This document shows, piece by piece, positions 52,797-62,497 of a stretch of DNA of 64,000 nucleotides. The notes beneath the pieces are model-generated. The model had not been told where the DNA came from. It made no database searches and saw nothing but the letters and a program-made list of their open reading frames with translations. A program made the position numbers and the translations under genes. The stretch's first letter is position 1. Each line of letters begins with the position of its first letter. Location: assembly GCA_964521215.1 (NCBI GenBank), contig CAZFRD010000003.1:425-64424 (forward strand), read 5' to 3'. This DNA is from an uncultured Pseudomonadales bacterium. GTDB taxonomy: Bacteria > Patescibacteriota > Microgenomatia > UBA1400 > PJMF01.

Positions 52797-52873
52797 TGGT
52801 GGACCGAAGGGGGCTCGAACCCCTGACCTCCTGCATGCCATGCAGGCGCTCTAGCCAACTGAGCTACCGGCCC
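52797..52873 (-). tRNA. tRNA-Ala(GGC)
   Basis: G3:U70 pair, anticodon arm CCTGC-ATGGCAT-GCAGG, encoded CCA. Confidence 0.97.
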
Positions 52874-53120
52874 GTGTTCCAAGACGGATAGTATATCATT
52901 TATCTCGACTGGTTAAACAAGATTTCAATAATAAATTTGTCTATCCGCTTTGTTATACTGATAACCCCTAAGATATAGTCTTCTAATCAACTTAACTGAG
53001 TTAAACCTAGTGGGAGAGAGTAGTTTTACTATCTTTTTTGTTTGATACAGCAATATTTTTTACAAAATTAGCAAATTAGCAGAGTAGGGGAGTGACTGCT
53101 AATTTCACCAATCTAGAGTA

Positions 53121-54059
53121 CTACTTAAAATCTGAGTGAAATTTGTGATGAGCCTGCTTGAGCTGTGGTCTGGTGACGTGCGTGTAAATTTGTGTCGTAC
53201 CAATATCTTTGTGACCCAACATTTCTTGAACATCACGGAGTGAAGCGCCATTACTCAACAAATCCGTGGCAAATGAATGACGAATACCGTGGGGGGAGAC
53301 TCTAATAGGCAAACGGGCTTTACGACAGTAGGTATCCACCAGGCGCTGAACACTCCGTGCCGTCAAGCGCATCTCTTCTCCGTCGGAAAGAATATCTGGT
53401 TGTTTGCCAGAAAAACGAATAAACACCGGGTCCCAATTATCTCGACGAGTGTTCAGCCAACGCTCCAACCAGCTCTTGGCTCGATCACTCAAGAACACCA
53501 CACGTGGACGCCTTCCCTTACCAATCACCCCAAACTCTTGAGAGGTCATGTTGACTTGATCACGATTGAGGTTGACCAACTCACTTACCCGCAAACCAGT
53601 AGAAAACAGCACTTCCAGTAACGCCTTATCTCTCAAGCCCGATTGTGAGGATAAATCTGGTTGTCCGAGCAAGCGCTCGATACTTTCTATTGGCAAGAAC
53701 TTCATTAGACGAGCTTCTGCCTTGGGTAAATCAATTTTTTCTGGCTGAATCACTGGTACGTCGTTTTTTACCAACCATTTCAGCCAGGATCGTAAACCGA
53801 TGACATAGTAACTTTGAGTCCGTTTCGAGAGGGTTTCGCCTTCATCATCTTCATATCTTGCTAGATAAATGCGATACTTTCTAATAACTTCCTTATCTAT
53901 TTGTCTCACATCGTCAATTTCTAGATCTTTTAGCCAAGTACAAAATCGTCGTAAATATAATGAATAATTGCGAATGGTCAGTCGACTCACGTTGCGTTCA
54001 ATTTCTAAATGTTCTAAATATTGGGTTAAAAGTAAAAATGGTTCAGTCGGAAATGCCAT
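53121..54059 (-). CDS. XerC/XerD-family tyrosine recombinase
   Basis: N-terminal SAM-like domain; STGLRVSEL, GKG, HGIRHSFAT, LGH and TTQIYTHV (R-K-H-R-H-Y catalytic set). Confidence 0.93.
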   Translation of the reverse strand: MAFPTEPFLLLTQYLEHLEIERNVSRLTIRNYSLYLRRFCTWLKDLEIDDVRQIDKEVIRKYRIYLARYEDDEGETLSKRTQSYYVIGLRSWLKWLVKNDVPVIQPEKIDLPKAEARLMKFLPIESIERLLGQPDLSSQSGLRDKALLEVLFSTGLRVSELVNLNRDQVNMTSQEFGVIGKGRRPRVVFLSDRAKSWLERWLNTRRDNWDPVFIRFSGKQPDILSDGEEMRLTARSVQRLVDTYCRKARLPIRVSPHGIRHSFATDLLSNGASLRDVQEMLGHKDIGTTQIYTHVTRPQLKQAHHKFHSDFK

Positions 54060-54222
54060 GCTTGAATTACTATATCAGAAATCAGCAACCGGCTTCTAGC
54101 AACGGTTAATTTTGTTTTAGCTTGTCTTATCAACTTATTACCGTTCTCTACATGGTGGATAGGTTCTCTATTGCCCCAAAATCGGCTTTTTACTAGTGTG
54201 GATGACCAGTTAATCATTGTAT

Positions 54223-54472
54223 TTTGGGTGTCATGCTGAGCCTGTCGAAGCATGAATAGCCAAACTCAGCATGACACCCAAATTCAGAGTGACATCAGCA
54301 TGACACCAGCCCAGCCTCTGATTGTATATCTGGTTGTACCTCAAGTTGTCACACTGAACCTGTCGAAGTGTGACAACGAGCATAGAGACAGGCGAGCAAT
54401 GTCTGCCTTAGTGAACTCAAAGTAGCGCCTGGATGAACTAAATGTCATGCTGAATTTATCGAAGCAGACATT
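54223..54472. repeat. cluster of REP-like palindromes and fragments
   Basis: Units at 54231-54255, 54345-54377 and 54441-54472; 18 bp inverted repeat 54223-54240/54265-54282. Confidence 0.85.
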
Positions 54473-54502
54473 ACTAAAGCCAACCATATTTTTTTAGATA
54501 CA

Positions 54503-54530
54503 ATGTCGTAAAAGTAATATTGTGCGACAT
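54503..54530. other. putative dif recombination site
   Basis: ATGTCGTAAAA-GTAATA-TTGTGCGACAT: 11-6-11 layout, arms 9/11 symmetric, about 450 bp from the xer gene. Confidence 0.65.
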
Positions 54531-54806
54531 AATAGATTTGTGAAGATTGACCAATTGTGGTGGGGGAAGTAGTCCCCCTCTAACTTGCTTAAACAAGAAA
54601 TTATTTGTTTGCTTAAATTCATCTCTGATGCTAGTTAAACCCCACCCCAAGGGTACCTTCAAATATCGATAAAAAGATGATCTTCGTATGGTCTCCAGTA
54701 TGGGTTCGGGTTATTTATTCCCGCATCACTACCACACAGCGATTTACACACACAATTTACTCGAGTTATAGTCTTATAATAATTAAGTTTTCCACATTCT
54801 ACTCAG

Positions 54807-54845
54807 TATCAAACTATATCAGTTTACGTATATCAAACTATATCA
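54807..54845. repeat. 15-bp direct repeat
   Basis: TATCAAACTATATCA at 54807 and 54831. Confidence 0.75.
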
Positions 54846-55090
54846 ACCTCCCCCGCCCCGCCTGGTTTATTCATTTATCTCCCCTACTTTATTGAAAAAT
54901 AATCATCATTTATTTGTATTTTCAGTTAATTTCGTCTTTTCTGGTTAATATTGCTCATCAAATATAAAACTTGATTTTGCTTTTTTAGATAAATAATTCA
55001 TTTTATTTAATTTAAACCAGATCATAACCACCCACTCTCTCCTACTCCTTTATTTTTAAAAGGATTGATGCATCAATCTAATAGCCCACT

Positions 55091-55858
55091 TTATTTACCT
55101 GGGAAAAGTAATAAGAATAGAATCAGAGAAACCACTGTCACTAGAGAATATTCTCGAATGGTTTTTAAAAATAGTCGACCTTTGAGATAACTTTGAAACA
55201 CACCTAAGCCGATGTACATGACAGACATGATTAGTAGACCGATCGCCCAGACGGCATAGGGAATAAATGAGAGGCCGATCGCCAACTCAAACACAGCCAG
55301 GGTAAGCAGTCCAGTTAAAATCCAGTCTGTCTGGTCGAAAGTATTTCTCAGTTGGACGCTCCAAATAGACATAGCAATCAGAGGCAAGTGAATCATGGCT
55401 ACCAATCCAGCTGCCACGACAAAAGGCAAATTAAGGGTAAAAATCGTATTAGTGACTAAGAACGAAATTAATAAGCTGAAAAACAAAGCAATTGTTTGAG
55501 CGGCATAAAGTAGTTGGATGGTTCTGCCTTTGGCCACGGAGAAGATATTGCCCGTTAGCAAAAGCGCATACATGCCAACCCCAAACAAAACCATGAAAAG
55601 CACTCTTTTGGGCGTACTAGCGGGCAAGACAAAATAAAAACTAGCGATAGCCAGCGCATACAGCGTGGGCAATGGCAAAATAGTGAAATATTCATTTTTT
55701 TGCAAATCTTCTGCCAATGCCCACGCTGACAATCCGTAGGTCAGCAGGCCAAAAGCGAAAAGCGACCAAATTCTCCAACCGGCAGGAATTAGCAACACTC
55801 CAAGTAAGGCAAACCCCAACACTAATGAGGTAATGATAAATTTTTCTCTCCGTCTCAT
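55091..55858 (-). CDS. multi-pass membrane protein of unknown function
   Basis: About 9 hydrophobic segments; NIFSVA..RTIQLL motif; overlaps the yebC-family stop codon. Confidence 0.75.
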   Translation of the reverse strand: MRRREKFIITSLVLGFALLGVLLIPAGWRIWSLFAFGLLTYGLSAWALAEDLQKNEYFTILPLPTLYALAIASFYFVLPASTPKRVLFMVLFGVGMYALLLTGNIFSVAKGRTIQLLYAAQTIALFFSLLISFLVTNTIFTLNLPFVVAAGLVAMIHLPLIAMSIWSVQLRNTFDQTDWILTGLLTLAVFELAIGLSFIPYAVWAIGLLIMSVMYIGLGVFQSYLKGRLFLKTIREYSLVTVVSLILFLLLFPGK

Positions 55859-56421
55859 GGTTGTGACTCTAATTCTAATTTAGCTGAAGTATATACATCC
55901 TCAACATCCTCATGCTCCAACAAAGTCTCAATCAAGATCTGGACAGACCCAAGCTGATCTGGTGTTAGTTCTAATGGTAGAGTGGCTCGAAACTCCGCTC
56001 CATCAGTACGCTCAAATAAATGACGGGCTGATCCAGGTCCTGCAATCGCCCCACCGTGGCGGGAAAAAATAAACTTCATTTCCGAACTAGAACGATTGGG
56101 ATTATCGGTCACGGCTTGGACTAAGTAAGCCTCTCCAAATGGTCCAAACGCTTCGTAGAGTACTTCTTGGATCGCTGCGCCGGTGGCGGATTTGCCCAAA
56201 CCTTTATCGATCGCTTTTTGGATTTTTTCTCTGGGCATGTTTGCCAACCGAGCTTTGTCGAGAAACGTACGCAGAGTGGGGTTGAACTGGGGATCGCCCG
56301 ATCCCCCTTCCTTCACCGCTTTGCGAATGTGCTTAGCCAAATCACCGAAAACTTTACTTCTTTGGCTATCCACTGCGCCCTTGCGATTTTTGATATTATG
56401 CCATTTGCTATGTCCGGCCAT
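55855..56421 (-). CDS. YebC/PmpR family protein, shortened
   Basis: MAGHSKWHNIK, NP.LR, NMP, YEAFGP, TDNPNR and EDVEDVY motifs. Confidence 0.92.
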   Translation of the reverse strand: MAGHSKWHNIKNRKGAVDSQRSKVFGDLAKHIRKAVKEGGSGDPQFNPTLRTFLDKARLANMPREKIQKAIDKGLGKSATGAAIQEVLYEAFGPFGEAYLVQAVTDNPNRSSSEMKFIFSRHGGAIAGPGSARHLFERTDGAEFRATLPLELTPDQLGSVQILIETLLEHEDVEDVYTSAKLELESQP

Positions 56422-56543
56422 AAATCTTTCCTCTTGGTAGTATATCTACGAATTGTACACCATTCGGTAACTGTTGGTTGACATTTAGGACTATCGTCGG
56501 TATCCTCTGCAGAACGTTTTTAGTGTAAAAAAAGCGAAATTCT

Positions 56544-57275
56544 ATGTCTGCAGCAACCGGTTCACTGAAACAACTTGCCGTCTTAGCCGCCAAACAAGCC
56601 GACTGGCAAAAAGCCATCGACCTCAACCAAGCTATACTAGAAAAAGAACCCACGGACGTGGGAGCCTTCAATCGGCTTGGGGTTTCTTTTCTTCAGCTCA
56701 AACAAGTTGCCGATGCCAGAAAAGCTTTCAAGGCTGCAATTGCACTAGATAAATTCAATACCATTGCCAAAAAAAATCTGGAAAAATTAAAACAAAATGA
56801 TAACGCCAACCAAACTCTCACCTTCTCCAAACAGCAGTTTATTGAAGAATCGGGCAAAACAAAAGTCATTGAATTACACCGACTAGCAGGCAAACAAGTG
56901 CTTGAAGTGCTGTCGGTGGGCACTCAATGCCAATTCATCTGTAAAAAACGCTTTATCTCGATTGAAGCCAATGGCATCTATGTTGGCGCTCTGCCCGAAG
57001 ATATTTCTTTTAGATTAGCCAAATTAATTCAAAATGGTAATCAATATGAGTGCTACATTCGCTCTGTCTCGACTAGCACCTGTTCAGTTTATGTGCGTGA
57101 GGTGCTTCGTTCGGCGGCCAATCATGACGTGAGCTCCTTTCCCATCAACCGCAGTGCTCACTTTGCCACCGACGATCTGGACGAAGGAATGTTAAAGGAA
57201 GATATTGCGCTGGAGTATGCTGGTTTTGAATCGGAAGAAACCGAAGAGCCAGAAGAATCAATGGACTTAGAGTAA
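56544..57275 (+). CDS. TPR protein with HIRAN-like C-terminal domain and acidic tail
   Basis: TPR pattern AFNRLG..A..AFKAAIALD; YVGALPEDIS.RLAKLI..GNQY motif. Confidence 0.7.
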   Translation: MSAATGSLKQLAVLAAKQADWQKAIDLNQAILEKEPTDVGAFNRLGVSFLQLKQVADARKAFKAAIALDKFNTIAKKNLEKLKQNDNANQTLTFSKQQFIEESGKTKVIELHRLAGKQVLEVLSVGTQCQFICKKRFISIEANGIYVGALPEDISFRLAKLIQNGNQYECYIRSVSTSTCSVYVREVLRSAANHDVSSFPINRSAHFATDDLDEGMLKEDIALEYAGFESEETEEPEESMDLE

Positions 57276-58133
57276 ACTTGTTTGTAACTCTTCCACGGTG
57301 CTCTCGCCCAACTGAACTAAAACACCCACTCGATCACGTGAGTAAACCCCACTTGTGACTTCTGTGTTCACTAATCCAGGCAACGATTGGCTGAGCAGGT
57401 CTGCAACTGACTGACACTCTGCGGTTAATAGCTCATCGATAAAAATTGTCGTGGCCTCGGTTGCCAATTCTCGATTGGTGACCCGCACTACTAGCCCACC
57501 CTGTTTGGTGACCAGATCTGCATATTTCGTGGCAATGCCAGCAGTGTTAGTGGTGTTGGCAACCCCAATTGGACAAGCTTCACCCATGCTACCCAGCACA
57601 GCTAATTCTAAAGACGCTTCTTCGACTTGGTCAACAAGTACTAGATTCTTTGTTTGAAGTAACTTCCAAATCGGCAATAGTTGCCAAGCTTGGCGAAGCT
57701 GTTTTTCTCTGAGCTGTTGTAAAATATTCTTCTGAATGGCTTGTTTCGCTAGACGGTTGTTGGATAAATTCACGTTTCCCAAAGGAACTACTTGGTTCAC
57801 CAAAACTCCAGCCACACTCGCCACTTGCCATGGGTCATTTAACTCAAGATCTTGCTCAGTCAGTTCAACTAATGCCAGCTTGGAGTCCAATTGGTTGGAG
57901 TCTAAGAGGACTATGAGGATCGATTTCTTTATATCCGTTGAAGGCGAGTTGGTGAAGGCAATCACTCTTGATTGTGCAACATCTCCAGTCCAACTCAGTA
58001 AGAGATTCACTACAACTGTGAGAGTGATCCAGATTCCGACCAGGCACAAACTTAGCACCAAAAACAGTTTCCACCACCTTTTTTTTGGTTTCGCAGAACG
58101 AAGTCTGACAGTTTTTTTTCTTCGGGCTGGCAT
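57267..58133 (-). CDS. membrane-anchored protein with LytR C-terminal-like domain
   Basis: Basic N-terminus plus TM; VANTTNTAGIA and VLVQLGE motifs; start placed at 58133. Confidence 0.65.
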   Translation of the reverse strand: MPARRKKTVRLRSAKPKKRWWKLFLVLSLCLVGIWITLTVVVNLLLSWTGDVAQSRVIAFTNSPSTDIKKSILIVLLDSNQLDSKLALVELTEQDLELNDPWQVASVAGVLVNQVVPLGNVNLSNNRLAKQAIQKNILQQLREKQLRQAWQLLPIWKLLQTKNLVLVDQVEEASLELAVLGSMGEACPIGVANTTNTAGIATKYADLVTKQGGLVVRVTNRELATEATTIFIDELLTAECQSVADLLSQSLPGLVNTEVTSGVYSRDRVGVLVQLGESTVEELQTSLL

Positions 58134-58159
58134 TAATTGTTGGTCTATTATTACAGGGA

Positions 58160-59332
58160 TCAAGCCATTTGCAAAATCCACTCTCGCATCTGCTCCGCCA
58201 AGCGGATCATCACTCTCAAGTTGTGAATACTGGCTAATCGGTAGTAACTCAATTCCGATACGTTATAAAGATGATGTAAGTAACTGCGAGAATATCCAGA
58301 TGTGCAGGTGAAACAATCACAACCTGCTTGTAGCACCTGATTATCTTGGGCAAATCTTTTATTACTAATGGCCAGCCTACCTTTGGGATATTCCGAAGTA
58401 AATACCGGTTTATCCGTTGCGGCATCAAGCTGGCCAACAAACAAAGCGCCATTTCTAGCCAGGCGAGTGGGACCAACGCAGTCGAACATATCGAAGCCCA
58501 TGAGAATGGCCTCGATCACATCCTGTGGATCTCGGCCCATACCCATGGCATATCTCGGTTTTTCCTCTGGCAACAATGAGTTGATCGAGGCCATGACCTT
58601 CTGAGTGCCCGCCAAATCATAACCCACGGTTTCGCCACCTAAGGCATAACCATCAAAGCCGATTTCCAACAAAGATTTAACAGATTGCTCACGCAGAGCC
58701 AGACTAGTTGAACCTTGGATGATGCCAAATAAAGCCTGGTAGTCGCCGTAGACACTTTTTCTCTTAGCACTCTCCCACTCGCTCTTACACCGCTTAGCCC
58801 ACCGAGAGGTGCGGGCCACAGACTCAGCCATTTTCGTTTCCGAAATCGAGTCGGGCAAACACTCATCGAATGCCATGATAATATCCGCTCCCAATGATTG
58901 TTGAATTTGAATTGACTTCTCTGGGGTAATCAAGTGTTTTGAACCATCCAAATGAGAAACAAAGATGACCCCTTCTTCAGAAATTTTGACTGTGGAAGAC
59001 TGGCCTTTTGCCCGCTGCTGAGCTCCCAAAGAAAAAACTTGATAGCCACCAGAATCGGTCAACATGGGCCGTTCCCAACGCATAAGTGAGTGCAAACCAC
59101 CTGCCGACTCGACGACCGAGGTTCCAGGTTTTAGGTAAAGATGATATGTATTGCCCAAAATAATTTGAGCGCCTAACTGGAAAAGATCGGTGGAGTCTAA
59201 ACCCCTCACGGTGGCTCTGGTACCAACCGGCATGAAGATTGGCGTCTTGATTTGGCCATGAGGTGTGGTTATACTGCCCGCTCGGGCTTGACTTCGAGTT
59301 TTTTTGAGTCTGAAAGTAAATAAGTTAGACAT
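58160..59332 (-). CDS. tgt: tRNA-guanine transglycosylase
   Basis: TPIFMPVGT, NTYHL, TDSGGYQV, FDCV.PTR.ARNG and CDCFTC..HN Zn site; start placed at 59332. Confidence 0.96.
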   Translation of the reverse strand: MSNLFTFRLKKTRSQARAGSITTPHGQIKTPIFMPVGTRATVRGLDSTDLFQLGAQIILGNTYHLYLKPGTSVVESAGGLHSLMRWERPMLTDSGGYQVFSLGAQQRAKGQSSTVKISEEGVIFVSHLDGSKHLITPEKSIQIQQSLGADIIMAFDECLPDSISETKMAESVARTSRWAKRCKSEWESAKRKSVYGDYQALFGIIQGSTSLALREQSVKSLLEIGFDGYALGGETVGYDLAGTQKVMASINSLLPEEKPRYAMGMGRDPQDVIEAILMGFDMFDCVGPTRLARNGALFVGQLDAATDKPVFTSEYPKGRLAISNKRFAQDNQVLQAGCDCFTCTSGYSRSYLHHLYNVSELSYYRLASIHNLRVMIRLAEQMREWILQMA

Positions 59333-59354
59333 AATATAATTCTGGTATCCTACC

Positions 59355-60425
59355 ATGCTCTCAGTCCAACAGTTTGACTATCCCCTACCTTCTCACTTAA
59401 TTGCTCATGCCCCACTTGAAAATCGTGCAACCAGTCGTCTGCTCGTGCTCAATCGAGCGACGCAAAAACTCACTCACTTACATTTTAGCGATCTCGCTTC
59501 GTTACTCAAGCCAGGAGATGTGCTCGTGCGCAACGAAACAAAGGTGTTTCCCGCTCGGCTTTATGGCCAACTTCAATCTGGAAAAAAAATTGAGGTCTTA
59601 TTGCTCAATCCCCTTGATGACACTGGCATCCTATGGCGATGCCTCACTAAACCGGGAATTACAGAAAATGAAATTTTAAACTTTAATTCTGAAATTACAG
59701 CAATTAATCATTCATCCAAGCAGAGTTATGTCAAGGAAATAGAATTTCTCTGTTCTAAAATCGAACTAAGAGCATATATTTCAAAAAATGGTCACACTCC
59801 TCTTCCTCCCTACATCACCAATCAATCAAGTGAGGATCTTTTGCGGAAGCAGTATCAAACTATGTATGCCAAACATGAGGGTTCCGTCGCAGCACCCACT
59901 GCCGGACTCCACTTTACCACCGAACTTGACCAGGCATTAACCCAGCGAGGAGTAGCGCTGGTCTCAATTACTTTGCACGTTGGATTGGGGACTTTTTCGC
60001 CACTCAAAGACCATTCTTTTGTCGATCAACAGTTGCACACCGAATGGTTTACGGTAAGCCCAGAGGCAGCTGAACAAATTAATCAAGCAAAAAAACAACA
60101 CAGGCGCATTATTGTGGTAGGAACTACCACGGCTCGAACACTGGAAAGTTGTACCAATTCCCAAGGTTACCTTGAGTCCAAATCTGGCGAAACCTCACTT
60201 TTTATTTTCCCCCCTTATAAATTCCAGAGTGTCGATGCGCTGATCACCAATTTTCACTTACCCAAATCAAGCTTACTGACTTTGGTTTCGGCTTTTGTCA
60301 GTGCGCCAAATACATCAGAAATGTTTACCTCATTTGGTGAAAGTCTGATTGGTAGATCATACCAAGTCGCAATCGCTGAAAATTATCGTTTTTATAGCTT
60401 TGGCGATGCGATGTTGATTATCTAA
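59355..60425 (+). CDS. queA: SAM:tRNA ribosyltransferase-isomerase
   Basis: PLPPYI, SVAAPTAGLHFT, LHVGLGTF, TNFHLPKSSL and YRFYSFGDAM motifs. Confidence 0.97.
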   Translation: MLSVQQFDYPLPSHLIAHAPLENRATSRLLVLNRATQKLTHLHFSDLASLLKPGDVLVRNETKVFPARLYGQLQSGKKIEVLLLNPLDDTGILWRCLTKPGITENEILNFNSEITAINHSSKQSYVKEIEFLCSKIELRAYISKNGHTPLPPYITNQSSEDLLRKQYQTMYAKHEGSVAAPTAGLHFTTELDQALTQRGVALVSITLHVGLGTFSPLKDHSFVDQQLHTEWFTVSPEAAEQINQAKKQHRRIIVVGTTTARTLESCTNSQGYLESKSGETSLFIFPPYKFQSVDALITNFHLPKSSLLTLVSAFVSAPNTSEMFTSFGESLIGRSYQVAIAENYRFYSFGDAMLII

Positions 60426-60880
60426 GCACCCAATTCGTAACGAACAAAGCGACTAACAGCAATTTTCTCACCAATTTTGCCACTCAGTTCTTTGACTAAG
60501 TAACCAATAGTAGTAGCTCCGTCGCGAATGTATTCTTGTTCCAGTAAGTCGTCCACATTTTCTGGTTTCATCGCCACCACTTGCATGGCAATGTTTTTGC
60601 CTAGCGCTTGGAATTCGGAATTGATGGCAACAAAATCAGTTTCGCAAACTAGTTCCACCAAGGCGGCTATGCCGCCAGTCGCATGGACGTAGGAGAAAAT
60701 GGCACCAGCCTTTGTTTCCCGATCTGATTTTTTTTCGGCACGAGCCAGTCCTCTTTCTTTGACGATGGACATGGCTTTTTGATAGTCACCCTCAGCTTCG
60801 GTCAAGGCTCGTTTGCAATCGAGCACGCCAGCTCCGGTTTCTTCACGTAATTTTTTAATATCCATTGCACTAATGGGCAT
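60422..60880 (-). CDS. tsf: elongation factor Ts, short form
   Basis: IKKLREETGAG..DCK, CETDFVA and GEKI.VSRF motifs; 152 aa. Confidence 0.95.
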   Translation of the reverse strand: MPISAMDIKKLREETGAGVLDCKRALTEAEGDYQKAMSIVKERGLARAEKKSDRETKAGAIFSYVHATGGIAALVELVCETDFVAINSEFQALGKNIAMQVVAMKPENVDDLLEQEYIRDGATTIGYLVKELSGKIGEKIAVSRFVRYELGA

Positions 60881-60882
60881 AT

Positions 60883-61761
60883 TTACTCCTTTTTAGCTTT
60901 GCTTGTTTTCTTCGCTTTAACCGGTTTTACTACTTTGGCCGATTTAGTAGGTTTTTTTACTACTTTTACCTCTGTTTCGGCCACTACTTTCTCCGTAGTC
61001 GATTGCTCAACTGGTTTAATAACCGCACTCGCTTTTTTGGGCTCAACATCACCAGCTTTTCCTGCTAAGTAAGCCCGAGACATTTGCTGTAAAAAGCATT
61101 CAATACTTTTGATTGCATCGTCGTTGCCTGGTACTGCGATGTCAACGAGGTCTGGATTCGTATTGGTATCAACCAAAGCAATCACTGGTACGCTAACTTT
61201 GCTGGCCTCGGCGACGACAATTTTTTCTTTACCTGGGTCGATAATGATGATGGCGGCGGGAAGGTCAGTCAAGGTCCGGATGCCATCAAAGAATCTTTTG
61301 GCTCGAGCCACTTCTTTCTCGATTTTGACTAATTCGTACTTAGTTCTGCCTTTCAAACTGCCTTCGGCGAGTTTGGTTTCTGTATCTACCATGTCTTTGA
61401 GTGATTTTTTGACCTGAGACCAGTTGGTCATCAGTCCACCTAGCCAACGGGAAGTGATGTGGAGCATGCCAGCGGTTTCGGCAGCCTGTTTTACCAATTC
61501 ACGCGCTTGGCGTTTGGTTCCCACCACGATCACAGTTTTTTTCTGAGTTCCCAGTTGATAAAGCAGGTTGTAAGCCAAGCGCATCTGTTGAGCGGTTTTG
61601 GCCAAATCAATCAGGTGAACACCATTTTTCTCGCTGTGAATATACTGACTCATTCTTGGTTGCCACTTACTTTTGTGGTGACCGTAATGCATACCAGCAC
61701 CAAATAGTTCTTGCAGATCAAAATCTGGCGCTTTATCAGGAAGTGAGGTAACGTCTAACAT
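60883..61761 (-). CDS. rpsB: 30S ribosomal protein S2
   Basis: AGMHYGH, VGTK, RWLGGLMTN, DTN..P and PGNDDA motifs. Confidence 0.97.
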   Translation of the reverse strand: MLDVTSLPDKAPDFDLQELFGAGMHYGHHKSKWQPRMSQYIHSEKNGVHLIDLAKTAQQMRLAYNLLYQLGTQKKTVIVVGTKRQARELVKQAAETAGMLHITSRWLGGLMTNWSQVKKSLKDMVDTETKLAEGSLKGRTKYELVKIEKEVARAKRFFDGIRTLTDLPAAIIIIDPGKEKIVVAEASKVSVPVIALVDTNTNPDLVDIAVPGNDDAIKSIECFLQQMSRAYLAGKAGDVEPKKASAVIKPVEQSTTEKVVAETEVKVVKKPTKSAKVVKPVKAKKTSKAKKE

Positions 61762-61883
61762 ATTGTTGTCCTTCTTTCTAGCCGAATTTTTTCAGCTAAG
61801 AGGTTGATTTGGCCAAATCAGGACTCTACACCAAATCAACCCAAGTTTTTACAAGGTGGATAGTATATCATATAATCACAAAT

Positions 61884-62486
61884 ATGCAGGAAAACTTAAT
61901 AATCGATGGTAACACAAGTAAACCTATGCAGGATTCTGACCCTCAACCTAGATGTGTGGTTGAAATATGGAATCCAAATCAAGAGCATAACCAAATGGTC
62001 AACGATTTGCGTCAGATCAGTAAAATTGATCTTGCAGTGTTTGGACACGAATATGGATGGAGCATCGTGGATGCACATGAATATATGGTGGATACACCAA
62101 GATCAATAACCGTAATTCTTAGAGACCCTCAAACGAAAGAGGTCGTGGGTTATACTGTAGCTAATCCTACAACATCAACCTACCAAAGTAGAATATATAA
62201 AACAAGACAAGCGGCAAAAAATGTGGCATATATTTCCAATACGGCAATAAAAACTGAATACCGAGGTCACCACTATACCCAGAAATTAATGAATTTACTT
62301 GAAATTGAACTTAGAGCTATGGACTATGACTTTGTTGATAGAGATTCAGCTGACGAATCAATCGATGGTCAACCAAGTTACGCCGATAAAGTCATCAAAA
62401 ACAATTCTGGGCGAATAGTATTTGAGAAAAAATGGAATACTCCACTTGGAATGCAACGATATATTCGAATGAATATAGCTGAGTGA
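61884..62486 (+). CDS. GNAT-family acetyltransferase-like protein
   Basis: VVGY, AYISNTAI..EYRGHH motif A; start placed at ATG 61884, 7 nt after TATAAT. Confidence 0.65.
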   Translation: MQENLIIDGNTSKPMQDSDPQPRCVVEIWNPNQEHNQMVNDLRQISKIDLAVFGHEYGWSIVDAHEYMVDTPRSITVILRDPQTKEVVGYTVANPTTSTYQSRIYKTRQAAKNVAYISNTAIKTEYRGHHYTQKLMNLLEIELRAMDYDFVDRDSADESIDGQPSYADKVIKNNSGRIVFEKKWNTPLGMQRYIRMNIAE

Positions 62487-62497
62487 ATTACGGCAAC

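Noticed and set aside
52797-54059. Tyrosine recombinase next to tRNA-Ala read as a prophage or island integrase
   Set aside because: The protein has housekeeping XerC/D size and motifs, I saw no duplicated tRNA 3' end, and the flanks are core genes
54026-54895. Short ORFs 54026-54253, 54474-54662 and 54677-54895
   Set aside because: The first begins with repeat-derived LRQAQHD; the others lack any coding signature
54700-55020. Possible oriC (TTTTCCACA near 54788 plus an AT-rich tract)
   Set aside because: Only one mismatched DnaA-box-like site was seen and no dnaA or dnaN is nearby; the dif-like site argues for the terminus instead
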